A stretch of 53,856 nucleotides of DNA from a virus. Its lineage: Duplodnaviria; Caudoviricetes. The notes beneath the pieces were generated by a model. The model ran no database searches, was not told where the DNA came from, and saw nothing but the letters and a program-made list of their open reading frames with translations. Each line of letters opens with the position of its first letter. Within the stretch, counting starts at the first letter, position 1. Position numbers and translations under genes: made by a program. The stretch is from IMG/VR virus record IMGVR_UViG_3300020119_000151, positions 1-53,856 of that record. The stretch is one strand, 5' to 3'. Shown here piece after piece: positions 10,101-18,317 of the stretch.

Positions 10101-10881
10101 AATGTTCTTCTCGGCGCAAAAGAAAAAAGGTGAGCAAACGATTGCCCCCGGCGCGAAGGCTTGGGAAACGACAGGGAAGGTCTTACTGCCCATCGTGCGC
10201 GTTCCGACGAACATCGTCGCCGAGACGTTCACCTATGCCTTTGGGCTTGGCTCAGGCAGTTTAAGGCTCGCCAATGCGCTCAGGAAGGGTTTTGACACGC
10301 TTCAGCCACAAGAGGCCGACTTAATCATGCGCGAGCTTAAAAAAGGCTCGCTGGGCTTCGCGGCGCTGCTTTACGGCTATTTCAACCCGACCATGTTCGG
10401 CGGATATTACCAACAGGGCCAGAAACGTGATCCCAATGATGCCAAGATCGGCAGCGTCAAGGTTGGTAGTGTCAACATCCCCAGCTTTTTGGTGCATAAC
10501 CCGCTTTTGGAGGTATTCCAGCTTGGGGCAACCGTCCGGCGCGTGGCTGATTCTAAAATCAAAGGCGAAACCCAGGGTTTGCCGGCCGGACTGATGGCTG
10601 GCGCACTCGGTTTGTCTGACGAGGTTCCTTTCGTGCGCGAAATGTTCGGGGAAATCCCGAAAATGTTCAATCCGCGCGAGCGCGGGGCATTTTTCGGAGA
10701 ACTGGCGAAGTCGATTTTCATCCCGCAGTTGCTCCAATGGCTTGCAAATTACACGGACAAAGACCAGAGTGGAAACACCAATCCGCGTTCGCCGCAGACA
10801 CCCTGGCAGCATGTCGAAACCGGAATTCCCGGCCTGCGTAAGAACGTGCCTGAAAAGAAACCAACCCAAATCAGCCAATGA
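4141..10881 (+). CDS. Giant (2,246 aa) internal virion / polyvalent-type protein
   Basis: ATG 4141 overlaps upstream TGA; PWEDF/PWDDF repeats; long helical C-terminal half. Confidence 0.7.
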   Translation: MSEPWEDFQQGATVADAPSSDTPPWEDFKPAVLSDQAKADLVETAKKNAQRQAALGQPFAEVQPGGDVQQRAPDNNAEANRQEFASLPGRLSNAAEEVGAEILNYPAELWRADTGKPMQFVVKKDENGKDQLTTEEKPLPFQPGISKFENFQMANEDIDPVNSLMGKLVRGAGTPGMLLTLPAGEADLVKGYFLTQTVPGVVEGAQGALDTSKSTKERVESGLSGTVNGLFSYLLGLKAAKTPPEKLASELNATTPLQRETPEGAQPSPIVQKVNQNPWDDFKQPETPPAFVGEKLPAGMEIQPVETKPAESETKPPVSETGEPLTLQQIADNQKEQHNKTVAIIQKLRPGLDVQSGGPMGGIEMSPNGKVLRVGPELLQNVQEMYPGREEEIISRLLDEEDIHRNQFDELGEGFQKKLSDLWNDAPQEIKNLVKSIYSTDPGMEAHHWGAELLRMGQQAKNGDLTETVHPTRGDTAANGISKLKDWAENQTGDIGKVLGNKSPIESLGEGIDFATIQKPHLVGVEAGLKLTPEDVPALQALQKQSVGEMTAAAQTGDNAAFQTLMGKNSFIGGAIEGARRKGPNYDVYQSLKSSPPPESPIPAPAVPTAEPAAQTPVPAAGEVPSGFKAPPMPETFNSAEDVLKYRQAYKDAEIEFYKSLGLTDAEANKFFRAGDSRSSLDVSKIEEKLTPENQARLDSFSRGDGGAVYQWDRQYNPEELVDETSKSDLARSLVQNIARESAPADFGDKLLHGVIALRNLKANGGTWSDVARELDSFTTRNSGSQGDKAEYFKNLGLQLREFAARQGIELPQGDMGGKIPDVLTHGDEVHATMPDGTEVQGHVIGADKEGNSVIIQKTGETVTLPEKLTEEKSHANPKSKTVEVLRNPPPGPVEEVAGGKPSEIQQPAPARTAESAGLPTQKTAGVPQAGSGDVAPEVEFVDSTGLTSMQKGKLKKTLSTTVSKRNSQKTYTGSRAKVVSEMVNDGYEPKTEQVNAVPDLSRRQFNNMDGRQQEAFAKRQAEAGKKTEYRLEHPSGSFFDVTKAEHDYAKWLSERNQKPVETPVQATAKVAEHIAEVKQAEGARPAKEIKNELVDHLEKAVEDAKDEDEYLKLETVKVQTGTRANAALMMEDKPLSEVKNLTNANGVRFFSQHIQRALEKHAPKIEINIPGDGDFKIFNTKQALTSVLERAKKIQTSSTEPVAISRSGTSKADREWIQKQLEKQPVEPPPAQPAEKLVGMGAAIPEEFKQGQQSPTSIKNATVENERAARGLPPAIQPAKRGFGRVWDEAMAAIDQDPAIQDRLIDELRAKPRALTDFEDALLLHRQIELQNQYGKLTQEMAQAFDDSKEFPNRLADVEELKPRIANVKDQLFDLYEINKHVGTETGRGLNARKMLAYEDYTLAKMELDARAANGGRPLTEEESAQVKALHDKIEKLRKEYDTYTAQAQARISALEAEKALNEIKQEPPVEPHVRIIADKVKKYFDGRAMAAQKRLSGKTFSFEAALPDLIDLGVSTILSGAADFTIWSSKMLQKLDKSIEPYLKTLWDKSQNALDDHLQKGMAPQNVPKVKRALKNVPAATAKEQIVAKLRKRIEAGKKDEITGYVLKLARLLVSEGIKDRDVLIDTIHEHLKEIDPTITRRETMDAISGYGDFKPLSKDAVSKELRDLKGQMQQVAKLEDMQAGQPPLKTGIERRIPSKEESRLIKLVNEAKQKFQIPITDPNTQLKSALDTLKTRMQTRIEELQQKIKDNDFLPRPKREPLKLDTEALRIKANFERAKLEFERALQDYRLKNRKWWEKSADTLVKWRRGFLLSSPVTLAKLTSAAIQRLAITPLEEAVGAGIGKAIPQVAAKAPREGGLNTKAEARALTSVFKQGMKDAAETIRTGTSPLDVLYGQGREGYVRESMSLPRSVIDFFGNLHAMLKAPVKRAEFERAYEKRTEQAIREGIDVTDPMVQTRIAVDSYKDANRSIFLQDNYLATKVKMFFSAQKKKGEQTIAPGAKAWETTGKVLLPIVRVPTNIVAETFTYAFGLGSGSLRLANALRKGFDTLQPQEADLIMRELKKGSLGFAALLYGYFNPTMFGGYYQQGQKRDPNDAKIGSVKVGSVNIPSFLVHNPLLEVFQLGATVRRVADSKIKGETQGLPAGLMAGALGLSDEVPFVREMFGEIPKMFNPRERGAFFGELAKSIFIPQLLQWLANYTDKDQSGNTNPRSPQTPWQHVETGIPGLRKNVPEKKPTQISQ
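6764..6946 (+). CDS. Candidate nested 60-aa gene in the +1 frame of the giant gene
   Basis: GGAGG at 6750-6754, 9 nt before ATG; MPIQSQKQWKFFAIHHPDLLKKWQAESP. Confidence 0.55.
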   Translation: MPIQSQKQWKFFAIHHPDLLKKWQAESPVRFSSLPQHVPPKVRDYRPKKLPVFLKPVPAT

Positions 10882-11285
10882 TGACGATTCGAACAAATAT
10901 AGGATTCCCGCCCGGCGGATTCATCTACGAAGACCCGCGAGTTCAAACCGCGAAATGGCTCGACGACCATACGAGCGTCGATGACCGAACGGCGGAGGTT
11001 GTAAAGTACCGTTCGGCAAATCCATCCATCTATCCCGAGCCGGAATGGACGCAACCGGACTATGTAAAACAGCAGATCATGGAGTTCAACTGTTTGCGCT
11101 GGGGCAACAATCCGCTGTATTGCGTGGATTCGAATGCGTTCAAGTCTGCTCCTGTTGTCCCCCAGGCGGCGCGGCTGTGTCCTGATTGCAACGTCGAAAT
11201 CACCCCAAAGTTTTGCCCGACCTGTTCAGGCCGGCGCATCATCGCTTACGAATGTCCCCAATGCAAAAAAGAATACCCCAAGTGA
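10878..11285 (+). CDS. Hypothetical protein with C-terminal Zn ribbons
   Basis: CPDC, CPTC, CPQC; coupled to both neighbours. Confidence 0.7.
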   Translation: MMTIRTNIGFPPGGFIYEDPRVQTAKWLDDHTSVDDRTAEVVKYRSANPSIYPEPEWTQPDYVKQQIMEFNCLRWGNNPLYCVDSNAFKSAPVVPQAARLCPDCNVEITPKFCPTCSGRRIIAYECPQCKKEYPK

Positions 11286-11665
11286 ACCATTTGACCGAAA
11301 GAGTAGGGCAATTCGCCGAAGGCGTCCGCATCCTCACGGACTGGCTGGGAAGCGGCGCGGTCACGGTTGACCCGGCGACGGCGCAACGACGGGCCGACAT
11401 CTGCCTGAAATGTCCGATGAACGTGAATGAATCGTTCACGGCGGAGACGATTGCCGCCGCCATACGGAAGCAGGTTGAGATAAAAAACCATCTTCAGTTG
11501 CGCGTGGGCGGCGAAAAGAATTTGAAAATCTGTTCAGGGTGCGGATGCGTTTTGAGATTGAAAATCCATGTGCCATTGGGCAATCTTGGCCTAGACGAAG
11601 AAGAATTGAAAAAGTTCCCTGATTTTTGCTGGATGCAATCGGAATTCAAAAATCTTAAAAAATGA
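11282..11665 (+). CDS. Cys-rich Zn-finger protein
   Basis: GTG overlaps upstream TGA; ICLKCP...CSGCGCVLRLK...CW. Confidence 0.7.
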   Translation: MNHLTERVGQFAEGVRILTDWLGSGAVTVDPATAQRRADICLKCPMNVNESFTAETIAAAIRKQVEIKNHLQLRVGGEKNLKICSGCGCVLRLKIHVPLGNLGLDEEELKKFPDFCWMQSEFKNLKK

Positions 11666-12330
11666 CCGTCAAACTTCCACCAAATGCGCGGCGGTCATCC
11701 AACCGCAAAATTCGTGCATTATATTGGCGGGAATACAGACGCAACCATTCAGGGGCTACGCGGGCCGCATTACGCCGGTCATATCGCAAACATTTGGTAA
11801 ATAGGAAGGCTGGAAAACGGGAGTATTATCGTAAAAACAGGGTTAAAATTCTTAAAAATGGCGAGGTTTATCGCCGCAAAAATCTTCTCAAGATTAAGGC
11901 CAAACAAAAGGCTTATCATGCCACTCGCTACCGGAGGGACGCCGCATACAGGGCGAAACTGATTGCTCAATCAACGCGCTGGGGTTTGGCTAATCCTCAA
12001 AAAAGACGCGATGCTGTAAGGAAATATGCCCGTAGAAACCCGCATGTTTATTTGGCAAAACATCATGCGTATAGGGCTGCTAAAATGAAAGCAACCATTA
12101 ATTCTACTGGCATTTCAGAATACATAAAATCGGTCAAAAATGCGCCAGTCGTATTTTGCTTCTTTTGCGTCCGACCCGTGCCAAATAAAAAGCGCCACAT
12201 TGACCACAAAACTCCGATCAGTCGCGGAGGAAAACACACCCTTGATAACCTTTGCTGTGCCTGTGAGCATTGTAATTGCGTTAAGGGTGATAAAACCGTA
12301 TTTGAATATAGGATGCTGGCTCCAAACTAA
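11662..12330 (+). CDS. HNH endonuclease
   Basis: CFFC..HIDHKTPISRGGKHTLDNLCCACEHCNCVKG; basic N-terminus. Confidence 0.9.
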   Translation: MTVKLPPNARRSSNRKIRALYWREYRRNHSGATRAALRRSYRKHLVNRKAGKREYYRKNRVKILKNGEVYRRKNLLKIKAKQKAYHATRYRRDAAYRAKLIAQSTRWGLANPQKRRDAVRKYARRNPHVYLAKHHAYRAAKMKATINSTGISEYIKSVKNAPVVFCFFCVRPVPNKKRHIDHKTPISRGGKHTLDNLCCACEHCNCVKGDKTVFEYRMLAPN

Positions 12331-12334
12331 AACC

Positions 12335-12925
12335 ATGAATACCACTGAACCCAACCCACCCGCACGCAATTACTTCCTCGACACAGAATTTATCGAGGAT
12401 GGAAAAACCATCGACCTTATCAGCATCGCGCTCGTATGCGATGACGGCAGGGAGCTTTATCTCCAAAACGCGGAATGCAATTTCGCAAACGCCTCAGATT
12501 TCGTTTGGAGAAATGTCTTTCCCAGCCTGAAGGACTTCGATATGCGCGGAACGCGCTCCTGCAATCAGCAGAAAATGACATCATGCAGCGACAAGCTGAC
12601 TGGCAAATGTTACAACACACTGGAATGTCCTTGGAGATTGCGCTTTGAAATCCGCGATGAAGTCAGGGAGTTCTGCAACCCTGAAAAATATGGAAAGCCT
12701 GTGTTTTGGGGTTATTTCGCAGACTATGATTGGGTGGCATTCTGCCAGTTGTTCGGAACAATGATGCACCTGCCTAAAGATTTTCCGATGTTCTGCAATG
12801 ACATCAAGCAACTGTGCAACAGCCGGGGAAATCCGTCACTTCCAGAACAGGGCAAAGGCGAACACAACGCCTTGGCCGACGCCAAATGGAACAAACAGGC
12901 TTATTACTTTCTTCAAACCAAATGA
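12335..12925 (+). CDS. DEDDh 3'-5' exoribonuclease, Rv2179c-like
   Basis: YFLDTEF, LISIALV, WGYFADYDW, HNALADA motifs. Confidence 0.85.
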   Translation: MNTTEPNPPARNYFLDTEFIEDGKTIDLISIALVCDDGRELYLQNAECNFANASDFVWRNVFPSLKDFDMRGTRSCNQQKMTSCSDKLTGKCYNTLECPWRLRFEIRDEVREFCNPEKYGKPVFWGYFADYDWVAFCQLFGTMMHLPKDFPMFCNDIKQLCNSRGNPSLPEQGKGEHNALADAKWNKQAYYFLQTK

Positions 12926-13617
12926 ATACACGCCTACTTGTAGTTATCCCCTTCTCCGCAAATGATGGCGTTCTCGCCGAACACTTGTGCGATTTTATCC
13001 ACCTCGTCAATAAGCGCCAGCAGGAGGGTCATTGCCTCCTGGTCTGTGCCGGCGACGTCCACGATGAAATGAAGGCCAAGGTTGAACTGGCGGCGAAGGT
13101 GGCATTCGAGGGCGTCGAGCTTATCACCGTGCCGAAGATGACTGACCCGAACAAGAATCTTCACATCAACAATATGTTCAAGACCGCCGCCGGCCACGTC
13201 ATCGGGACGTACCGGACGCCGTTCCTGTGGCTTGAGCCCGACTGTGTGCCAGTGAAACACGGATGGCTTGAGGCTGTCGCCGAATCGCATTTCAACCAGG
13301 CGAAGCGTTATTCCGGTCCATGGCAAAAACTGATGACCGCCGAGCCGGTGATATTTCTCAATCGCATCGCCGTCTATCCGCCGGACTGTTTGCGCGAGTT
13401 GACGGCGCCGCTGGGTACGCAGATGGCTTTCAACATCAACGCCGGCCCCATCGTCGCGCCGAAGTCCACCAAGACCGCCGTGATTCAGCAGGTTGCAATT
13501 ACGGACGAAAGCGCGAAGGTATTGCCGACGACATACATCGCCCACTCCGACAAGCAAGGCATCCTGATGGCTGCTTTGCGCGAAAGGTTTGAGTCGGCGG
13601 CGAGCAAGAAAAAGTGA
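12922..13617 (+). CDS. Putative GT-A-fold glycosyltransferase-like protein
   Basis: N-terminal LLVVIPF strand; FLWLEPDCVP (DxD-like); late H-S-D-K. Confidence 0.5.
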   Translation: MNTRLLVVIPFSANDGVLAEHLCDFIHLVNKRQQEGHCLLVCAGDVHDEMKAKVELAAKVAFEGVELITVPKMTDPNKNLHINNMFKTAAGHVIGTYRTPFLWLEPDCVPVKHGWLEAVAESHFNQAKRYSGPWQKLMTAEPVIFLNRIAVYPPDCLRELTAPLGTQMAFNINAGPIVAPKSTKTAVIQQVAITDESAKVLPTTYIAHSDKQGILMAALRERFESAASKKK

Positions 13618-13620
13618 TTT

Positions 13621-16146
13621 ATGGCCGAGAAAGCAGCAACCAAGAGTTTTATCAAATCCGAGTTCGGGACGCCCGCCAAGGTTATCAACGTGGTGAAGCG
13701 TATGCAGGACGTGGAGCGCCTGCGCGCGGAGGACCGGGCTTTGATTGACGCGCTGTTTAACGGCCAGCGCCCTTACTCCGACGAGGAGGTTAAAAAGTTC
13801 AACATCCAGGTCAACGTGAATTGGGGACAGGGCAAGCGCATCATGCGGGATGCGAACACGCAGTTGAACAACGCCCTGATTCACACCGGGACCATGTTCA
13901 CTTGCACGATCAACGAAGGCCCGGTTGAGAAGCGGGACGAATGGGGTCAAATCTTCACCAAAAATCTCCATCGCCCGTTGCAGAAGGGAGTCAGCGGAAA
14001 AAAGAATTTTTTCCTCATCAAGAACCGCAATGCGTCCGTCTGTATGCACGGAATCGGCGCCTTGCTTTGGCCTTCACCTTACGCTGCGCTTCCCCGCTTT
14101 GTCGGGCTCGAAGATTTGCTGATACCAACCGAGACGCTGGTTGATTTTTCGAACATGCGTTATTTCGCGGTGAACCTGAACCTGTCCATCGGCGAACTGA
14201 TCGATTTGGTGATGAAGGACGATTCCGAAGTCATGGGCGAATGGAACAAGACCATGATTGGCGAAGTGCTGGATTCCCAGCAGGGCATCTACAACGAATC
14301 GACCCCCTCGACATGGCGCGACCAACCCGAGGCGATGGAGCAGGTATTTTTCCAGAATCGCGGCTATTACTATTCCGATGCCACGCCCAAGGTGCGTTGT
14401 GTGATGTTCTTCTATCAGGAAATGGACGACCCTAAAAAATGGTATCGTGTCGTCTATCTGAAGGAGAATCCGGGCGACAAGGTGAAGGACATTGACACGA
14501 AATTTCTGTTCGACGGCACCAAAAGACCTTTCGCCGACGAGATCGGGCAGGTTTTGAACGTGCAATACGGCGACGGCAACCTCGTCCCTCCGATGAAATA
14601 CCACAACGTCCGCGGCATGGGCGTTGACCTGTATGCGCCCGTCGAGACAGACAACCGGCTGCGCTGTGAGTTTGTTCAATCGGTCTTTGAACACATGAAG
14701 ATGTATTTCAAGATCAAGGACCCGGCAGACCGTGACCGGCTGAAGGCCCAAATCTTGCAGCAATACGGTTTCATCGTGGACGGGTTGCAGATTGTCCCCC
14801 GGACTGACCGCCATCAAATCGACCCGAACCTGGTTGAAAGCGCCATGAACCAGATGGGCGAAATCATGCAGGACAGTTCATCCTCGTACCTGCCTGGCGA
14901 AACCGGCAGCGAGCGGACGATGACGGCGAAGGAAGCGACCATCCGGGCGAATCAGGCCACGGTCCTGGTGTCGTCCATGCTGGCGTCCATGTACATGCAG
15001 GAGGGTTTCTATTACGAGGAAGAAAAGCGGCGCTTCCTGCTCAAAGATTCCACCGACCCGCTAGTTAAGCGTTTCCGCGCGAGTTGCATCAGGGAGGGCA
15101 TACCTGAAGAATTTCTTGTTCCGGAAAAGTGGGAAATCGTTGTTGAGCGTGTCTTGGGCGGCGGCGATACCACGAAGGCCCAGCAGCAATCTCAATGGTT
15201 GTTGGGCATCAAGCCCATGCTTGGACCGGCCCAGCAAACGATTGCCTTGCGGGAGTCGGTTTCCGCCATGCTGGAAGACCCGGCGAAGGCGCTCATGTAC
15301 GTCCCCTCTGCCCCGTCGCAATCTTCGCCTGGCTCCGAAATGGCCGAAGCGTTATTTGGCACGATGATGCAGGGCGTCCAGGTGGCGCCGCGCAAAGGCA
15401 TCGACTTGCAGGGTTATGTGACCCAGCTTTTGAAGATGATGGCGGAGGTCATCCAGCGCATCACGCAAACCAACAACATGGGGACGATGGAAGAAATCAT
15501 CGGTTTGGGCATCGTGTCGCAAAACGTCGAGGAATACATCCGTGTTCTCCAAGGCGACCCGCAACAGAAGCAGAACGTCAAACAGTACGGGGATGCCTTG
15601 GGCAAGATGCAGAACCTTATCAAAGGCTTTGCCCAGCGGTTGCAGCAATCCAGCCAGATGAACCAGCATCCGAAGGTTCTCGAATCCATCTCTTACAAGG
15701 ATGTCCCCGAGGACGTGAAGCGGCAGATGGAGGCGGCGGCAGGCCTGAAGCCTTCGCAGATGCAGGTGACCGACCCGAAGATGTTGAAGGCGCAACAGCA
15801 GTTGCAGATCACGGACGCGAAGTTTCAACAGAAGTCACGCCACGCGGAAATCGCCTTCCAGATGGAGCAAATCCGGAAGAACACGGAAGCGGCGAGCAAC
15901 CTTTCGAGAACCGAGCAGGTTCACCGGCAACAACTGGCACACGCGGCGGTTGCCAAGCTTGCCGAACTCATGTCCCAAACCGACGAAGGCGGCGGGGAAC
16001 AGAACGGTTCTCCGAACGGGCGCCAGATGGTCACCATGGACGCCAGCAACCCGGCCCATGTTGTCCTGGCGAAGCATTTCATGAAGCAGGCCGGCAACGA
16101 CAAGATGAAGGCGCTTCAACTGGCAAATCAACATGGCTTTCAATAA
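13621..16146 (+). CDS. Portal protein (podovirus/P22-like) with long C-terminal extension
   Basis: 841 aa; ERTMTAKEATIR portal-like motif; Q-rich coiled C-terminus; upstream of scaffold. Confidence 0.75.
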   Translation: MAEKAATKSFIKSEFGTPAKVINVVKRMQDVERLRAEDRALIDALFNGQRPYSDEEVKKFNIQVNVNWGQGKRIMRDANTQLNNALIHTGTMFTCTINEGPVEKRDEWGQIFTKNLHRPLQKGVSGKKNFFLIKNRNASVCMHGIGALLWPSPYAALPRFVGLEDLLIPTETLVDFSNMRYFAVNLNLSIGELIDLVMKDDSEVMGEWNKTMIGEVLDSQQGIYNESTPSTWRDQPEAMEQVFFQNRGYYYSDATPKVRCVMFFYQEMDDPKKWYRVVYLKENPGDKVKDIDTKFLFDGTKRPFADEIGQVLNVQYGDGNLVPPMKYHNVRGMGVDLYAPVETDNRLRCEFVQSVFEHMKMYFKIKDPADRDRLKAQILQQYGFIVDGLQIVPRTDRHQIDPNLVESAMNQMGEIMQDSSSSYLPGETGSERTMTAKEATIRANQATVLVSSMLASMYMQEGFYYEEEKRRFLLKDSTDPLVKRFRASCIREGIPEEFLVPEKWEIVVERVLGGGDTTKAQQQSQWLLGIKPMLGPAQQTIALRESVSAMLEDPAKALMYVPSAPSQSSPGSEMAEALFGTMMQGVQVAPRKGIDLQGYVTQLLKMMAEVIQRITQTNNMGTMEEIIGLGIVSQNVEEYIRVLQGDPQQKQNVKQYGDALGKMQNLIKGFAQRLQQSSQMNQHPKVLESISYKDVPEDVKRQMEAAAGLKPSQMQVTDPKMLKAQQQLQITDAKFQQKSRHAEIAFQMEQIRKNTEAASNLSRTEQVHRQQLAHAAVAKLAELMSQTDEGGGEQNGSPNGRQMVTMDASNPAHVVLAKHFMKQAGNDKMKALQLANQHGFQ

Positions 16147-17083
16147 CCCGACCATCTTCGACGACCCGCGCGTAACTGCCGCCGGGGGAAACATCTTTGA
16201 ACAGATGCAACCCACCCAGGGCGGCAGCAAGTTCGTCATGTGCAAGCCGGAATATCTTTCCACCAAGATACCCAACAACGTGTTCATGGAGGGAAAGGCG
16301 AACGAGCCGGCTGACGTGCCACGGGCGAAAAATCAGTGGGACAGATCGGTTCACATCATGGAGGCGCTGGGGGTGGAAGTCTTCCAGATACCCGCCGTGA
16401 AGGGATGCCAGGACCAGGTTTATGTCGCCAACGTCGGCATAGCCATCGACCCGTTTATTGTGCTGGCGCAGTACAAGGCTGACGGGCGCGCCTGCGAGAT
16501 ACCGCCGGCCAAGGCGTTCTTCGAGGGCATGGGCTATCAGTGCATCCAGCCGCCGGATTTCTTCGAGGGCGAGGCCGACCTGAAGCATTGGAAGGACAAC
16601 ATCTATTTCGGGGGCTGGGGATTATTCTCGTCCAAAAAGGCGTTCGACTGGATTTCGCAGAAAACGGGCGCAATCATCATCCCGGTTCAGGAGATCAATC
16701 CCAAGACGTATCATTTGGACTGTTCGCTTCTCGTCGTCGATGAGGAAAACTTTCTGGTTACGAAATCCGGCCTTTCTCCGGCCAGCATCAAGGAACTTCA
16801 GCGGCGCGGCAAGGTGACGTTTACCCCGGACAAGATTGCGACGACAGGCATCACCAACGGCATCCTGATACCCGAGAAGAAGATTTACCTGTCGGGCGCC
16901 TTCAATCCCGAGCAAAAGGATTATCAGCAGGCGATGGAGTTCCTTTTGGAAACGATGGATGGCTTTGGCTACACGACCATCTTTGTGGATGTGGATTCCT
17001 ACAACCCGAGCGGCGCCGACTTGAGTTGTAGCGTTTTCCACCTTACATTTCCCCCGACTGGAAAACCAATCATCACCCCATGA
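16133..17083 (+). CDS. Amidinotransferase / DDAH-like pentein-superfamily enzyme
   Basis: MCKPEY..NNVFM, DQVYVAN, FEGEAD, YHLDC, terminal GADLSC with catalytic Cys. Confidence 0.85.
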   Translation: MAFNNPTIFDDPRVTAAGGNIFEQMQPTQGGSKFVMCKPEYLSTKIPNNVFMEGKANEPADVPRAKNQWDRSVHIMEALGVEVFQIPAVKGCQDQVYVANVGIAIDPFIVLAQYKADGRACEIPPAKAFFEGMGYQCIQPPDFFEGEADLKHWKDNIYFGGWGLFSSKKAFDWISQKTGAIIIPVQEINPKTYHLDCSLLVVDEENFLVTKSGLSPASIKELQRRGKVTFTPDKIATTGITNGILIPEKKIYLSGAFNPEQKDYQQAMEFLLETMDGFGYTTIFVDVDSYNPSGADLSCSVFHLTFPPTGKPIITP

Positions 17084-17295
17084 AATACTCCGATGAAACT
17101 GTGAAATTCGTCCTCTCCCGCCATTGGCAAAAAGTCCCCGTTGCCGACATCGTAAAGCAGGCCCGGCCTGGTCTTAAAAAGAAGCTCGCCCCCCGTGAAG
17201 TCAGGATAATCATCGGTTCCTACACGTTGCGGCATCATGGCACGGTCACCACGCGGAAAAAGATGGGTCTTGAGCCCTGCACAGTTGGTTGTTGA
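17080..17295 (+). CDS. Small basic hypothetical protein
   Basis: ATGA overlap with amidinotransferase stop. Confidence 0.55.
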   Translation: MKYSDETVKFVLSRHWQKVPVADIVKQARPGLKKKLAPREVRIIIGSYTLRHHGTVTTRKKMGLEPCTVGC

Positions 17296-17320
17296 CAAGT
17301 TGGGGCAAAAGGTGGATAAC
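17292..17320 (+). promoter_or_regulatory. Putative sigma70 promoter, near-leaderless
   Basis: TTGACA-N17-GATAAC; ATG at 17328. Confidence 0.45.
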
Positions 17321-17327
17321 CGAATCC

Positions 17328-17498
17328 ATGCAAGTCAAGTTGTGGTCACAGAACGAGTCTGCGTTGAAGAAAATAGCCGCCGAGCCGGAATACAAGAGCA
17401 TCGGCGTCTCTGTGGCAAAAATAGCCAACCTTGCAATTTCTCAGTACGTCATAAGCAGAAAGCTTGCAAGCCGCCCAAAGAAGGCCGGCAGAGGTTAA
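17328..17498 (+). CDS. Small putative ribbon-helix-helix-like regulator
   Basis: MQVKLW strand followed by two helices and a basic tail. Confidence 0.45.
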   Translation: MQVKLWSQNESALKKIAAEPEYKSIGVSVAKIANLAISQYVISRKLASRPKKAGRG

Positions 17499-17499
17499 G

Positions 17500-17784
17500 A
17501 TGAATCCTGGCGAACAATTTGCAAAGTATCAGAAACCCCACGCGGAAATGCTTCGCGTCGAGTCGCAAAAGGGTTGGTTTCTGACTTCACTCATTTACGC
17601 CCAGGCTGCGGTTGTCGATGCCGGCGCCAGCGCGGAGGAAATCAACGGCATGAACCGGCTGATCGAAACGCTCACCCAACTGGCGGCGGATAAACCGGAA
17701 TTCAAGCGCCTGCCGGTAAAAGTGCTTGCGGTCCTGGACCGAACCGGCGGAAAACCTGCCGAGTCCGAAGAAAAGAAATCCTGA
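17500..17784 (+). CDS. Hypothetical protein
   Basis: ATG 1 nt after upstream stop. Confidence 0.6.
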   Translation: MNPGEQFAKYQKPHAEMLRVESQKGWFLTSLIYAQAAVVDAGASAEEINGMNRLIETLTQLAADKPEFKRLPVKVLAVLDRTGGKPAESEEKKS

Positions 17785-17787
17785 TTT

Positions 17788-18045
17788 ATGTCAAAACTCA
17801 CCCAAAGTTTTTCCGCCAACCTGAACAAAGTGGTTGCCGAAGCCATTGCCGCCGGCACTCCGCTGGACGGGATGATTCTCGAACTGGACTTGTGCCATTT
17901 TCAGGTTCACGAACGGTATGCGTTCCAAGTCAAAAGAGAAATGGTGAGAGCCCAAGCCGCCAAGGATGCCGCAACCGCGAAGGTCGTCATCGAAGGCGGC
18001 GGCGCCAATGTGAACGGCGGCGGTCCAAAAATCCCCCTGAACTGA
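17788..18045 (+). CDS. Hypothetical protein
   Basis: TGATTTATG junction. Confidence 0.6.
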   Translation: MSKLTQSFSANLNKVVAEAIAAGTPLDGMILELDLCHFQVHERYAFQVKREMVRAQAAKDAATAKVVIEGGGANVNGGGPKIPLN

Positions 18046-18308
18046 TGAGCCGAGCAGACACCATCAAGAAGCTGGGGAATGCCATCCGTGCGTACAAAGG
18101 AACGCGGAATTTTGTTGACGGCCCGTTTGTCATCCAGCCGCAGAAGTCGAAGATCAACCAGGTGCGCGAGTTGCTGGGAAAGCTGACTTACGCCAACGGG
18201 ATTGACCGATTCACCACCAAGGAAGAAATTGACGCGGAAGTTAAACGAATCGAGGGATTCAAGACTTACGACGATTACAACAAGTGGATAACCGAACTTA
18301 GGAACTGA
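18045..18308 (+). CDS. Hypothetical protein
   Basis: TGATG overlap. Confidence 0.6.
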   Translation: MSRADTIKKLGNAIRAYKGTRNFVDGPFVIQPQKSKINQVRELLGKLTYANGIDRFTTKEEIDAEVKRIEGFKTYDDYNKWITELRN

Positions 18309-18317
18309 GCTAAATTT

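Noticed and set aside
15195-16175. 326-aa alternate-frame ORF inside the portal gene
   Set aside because: Arg/Gly/Ala-rich shadow of GC-biased codons, with no motif or initiation signal
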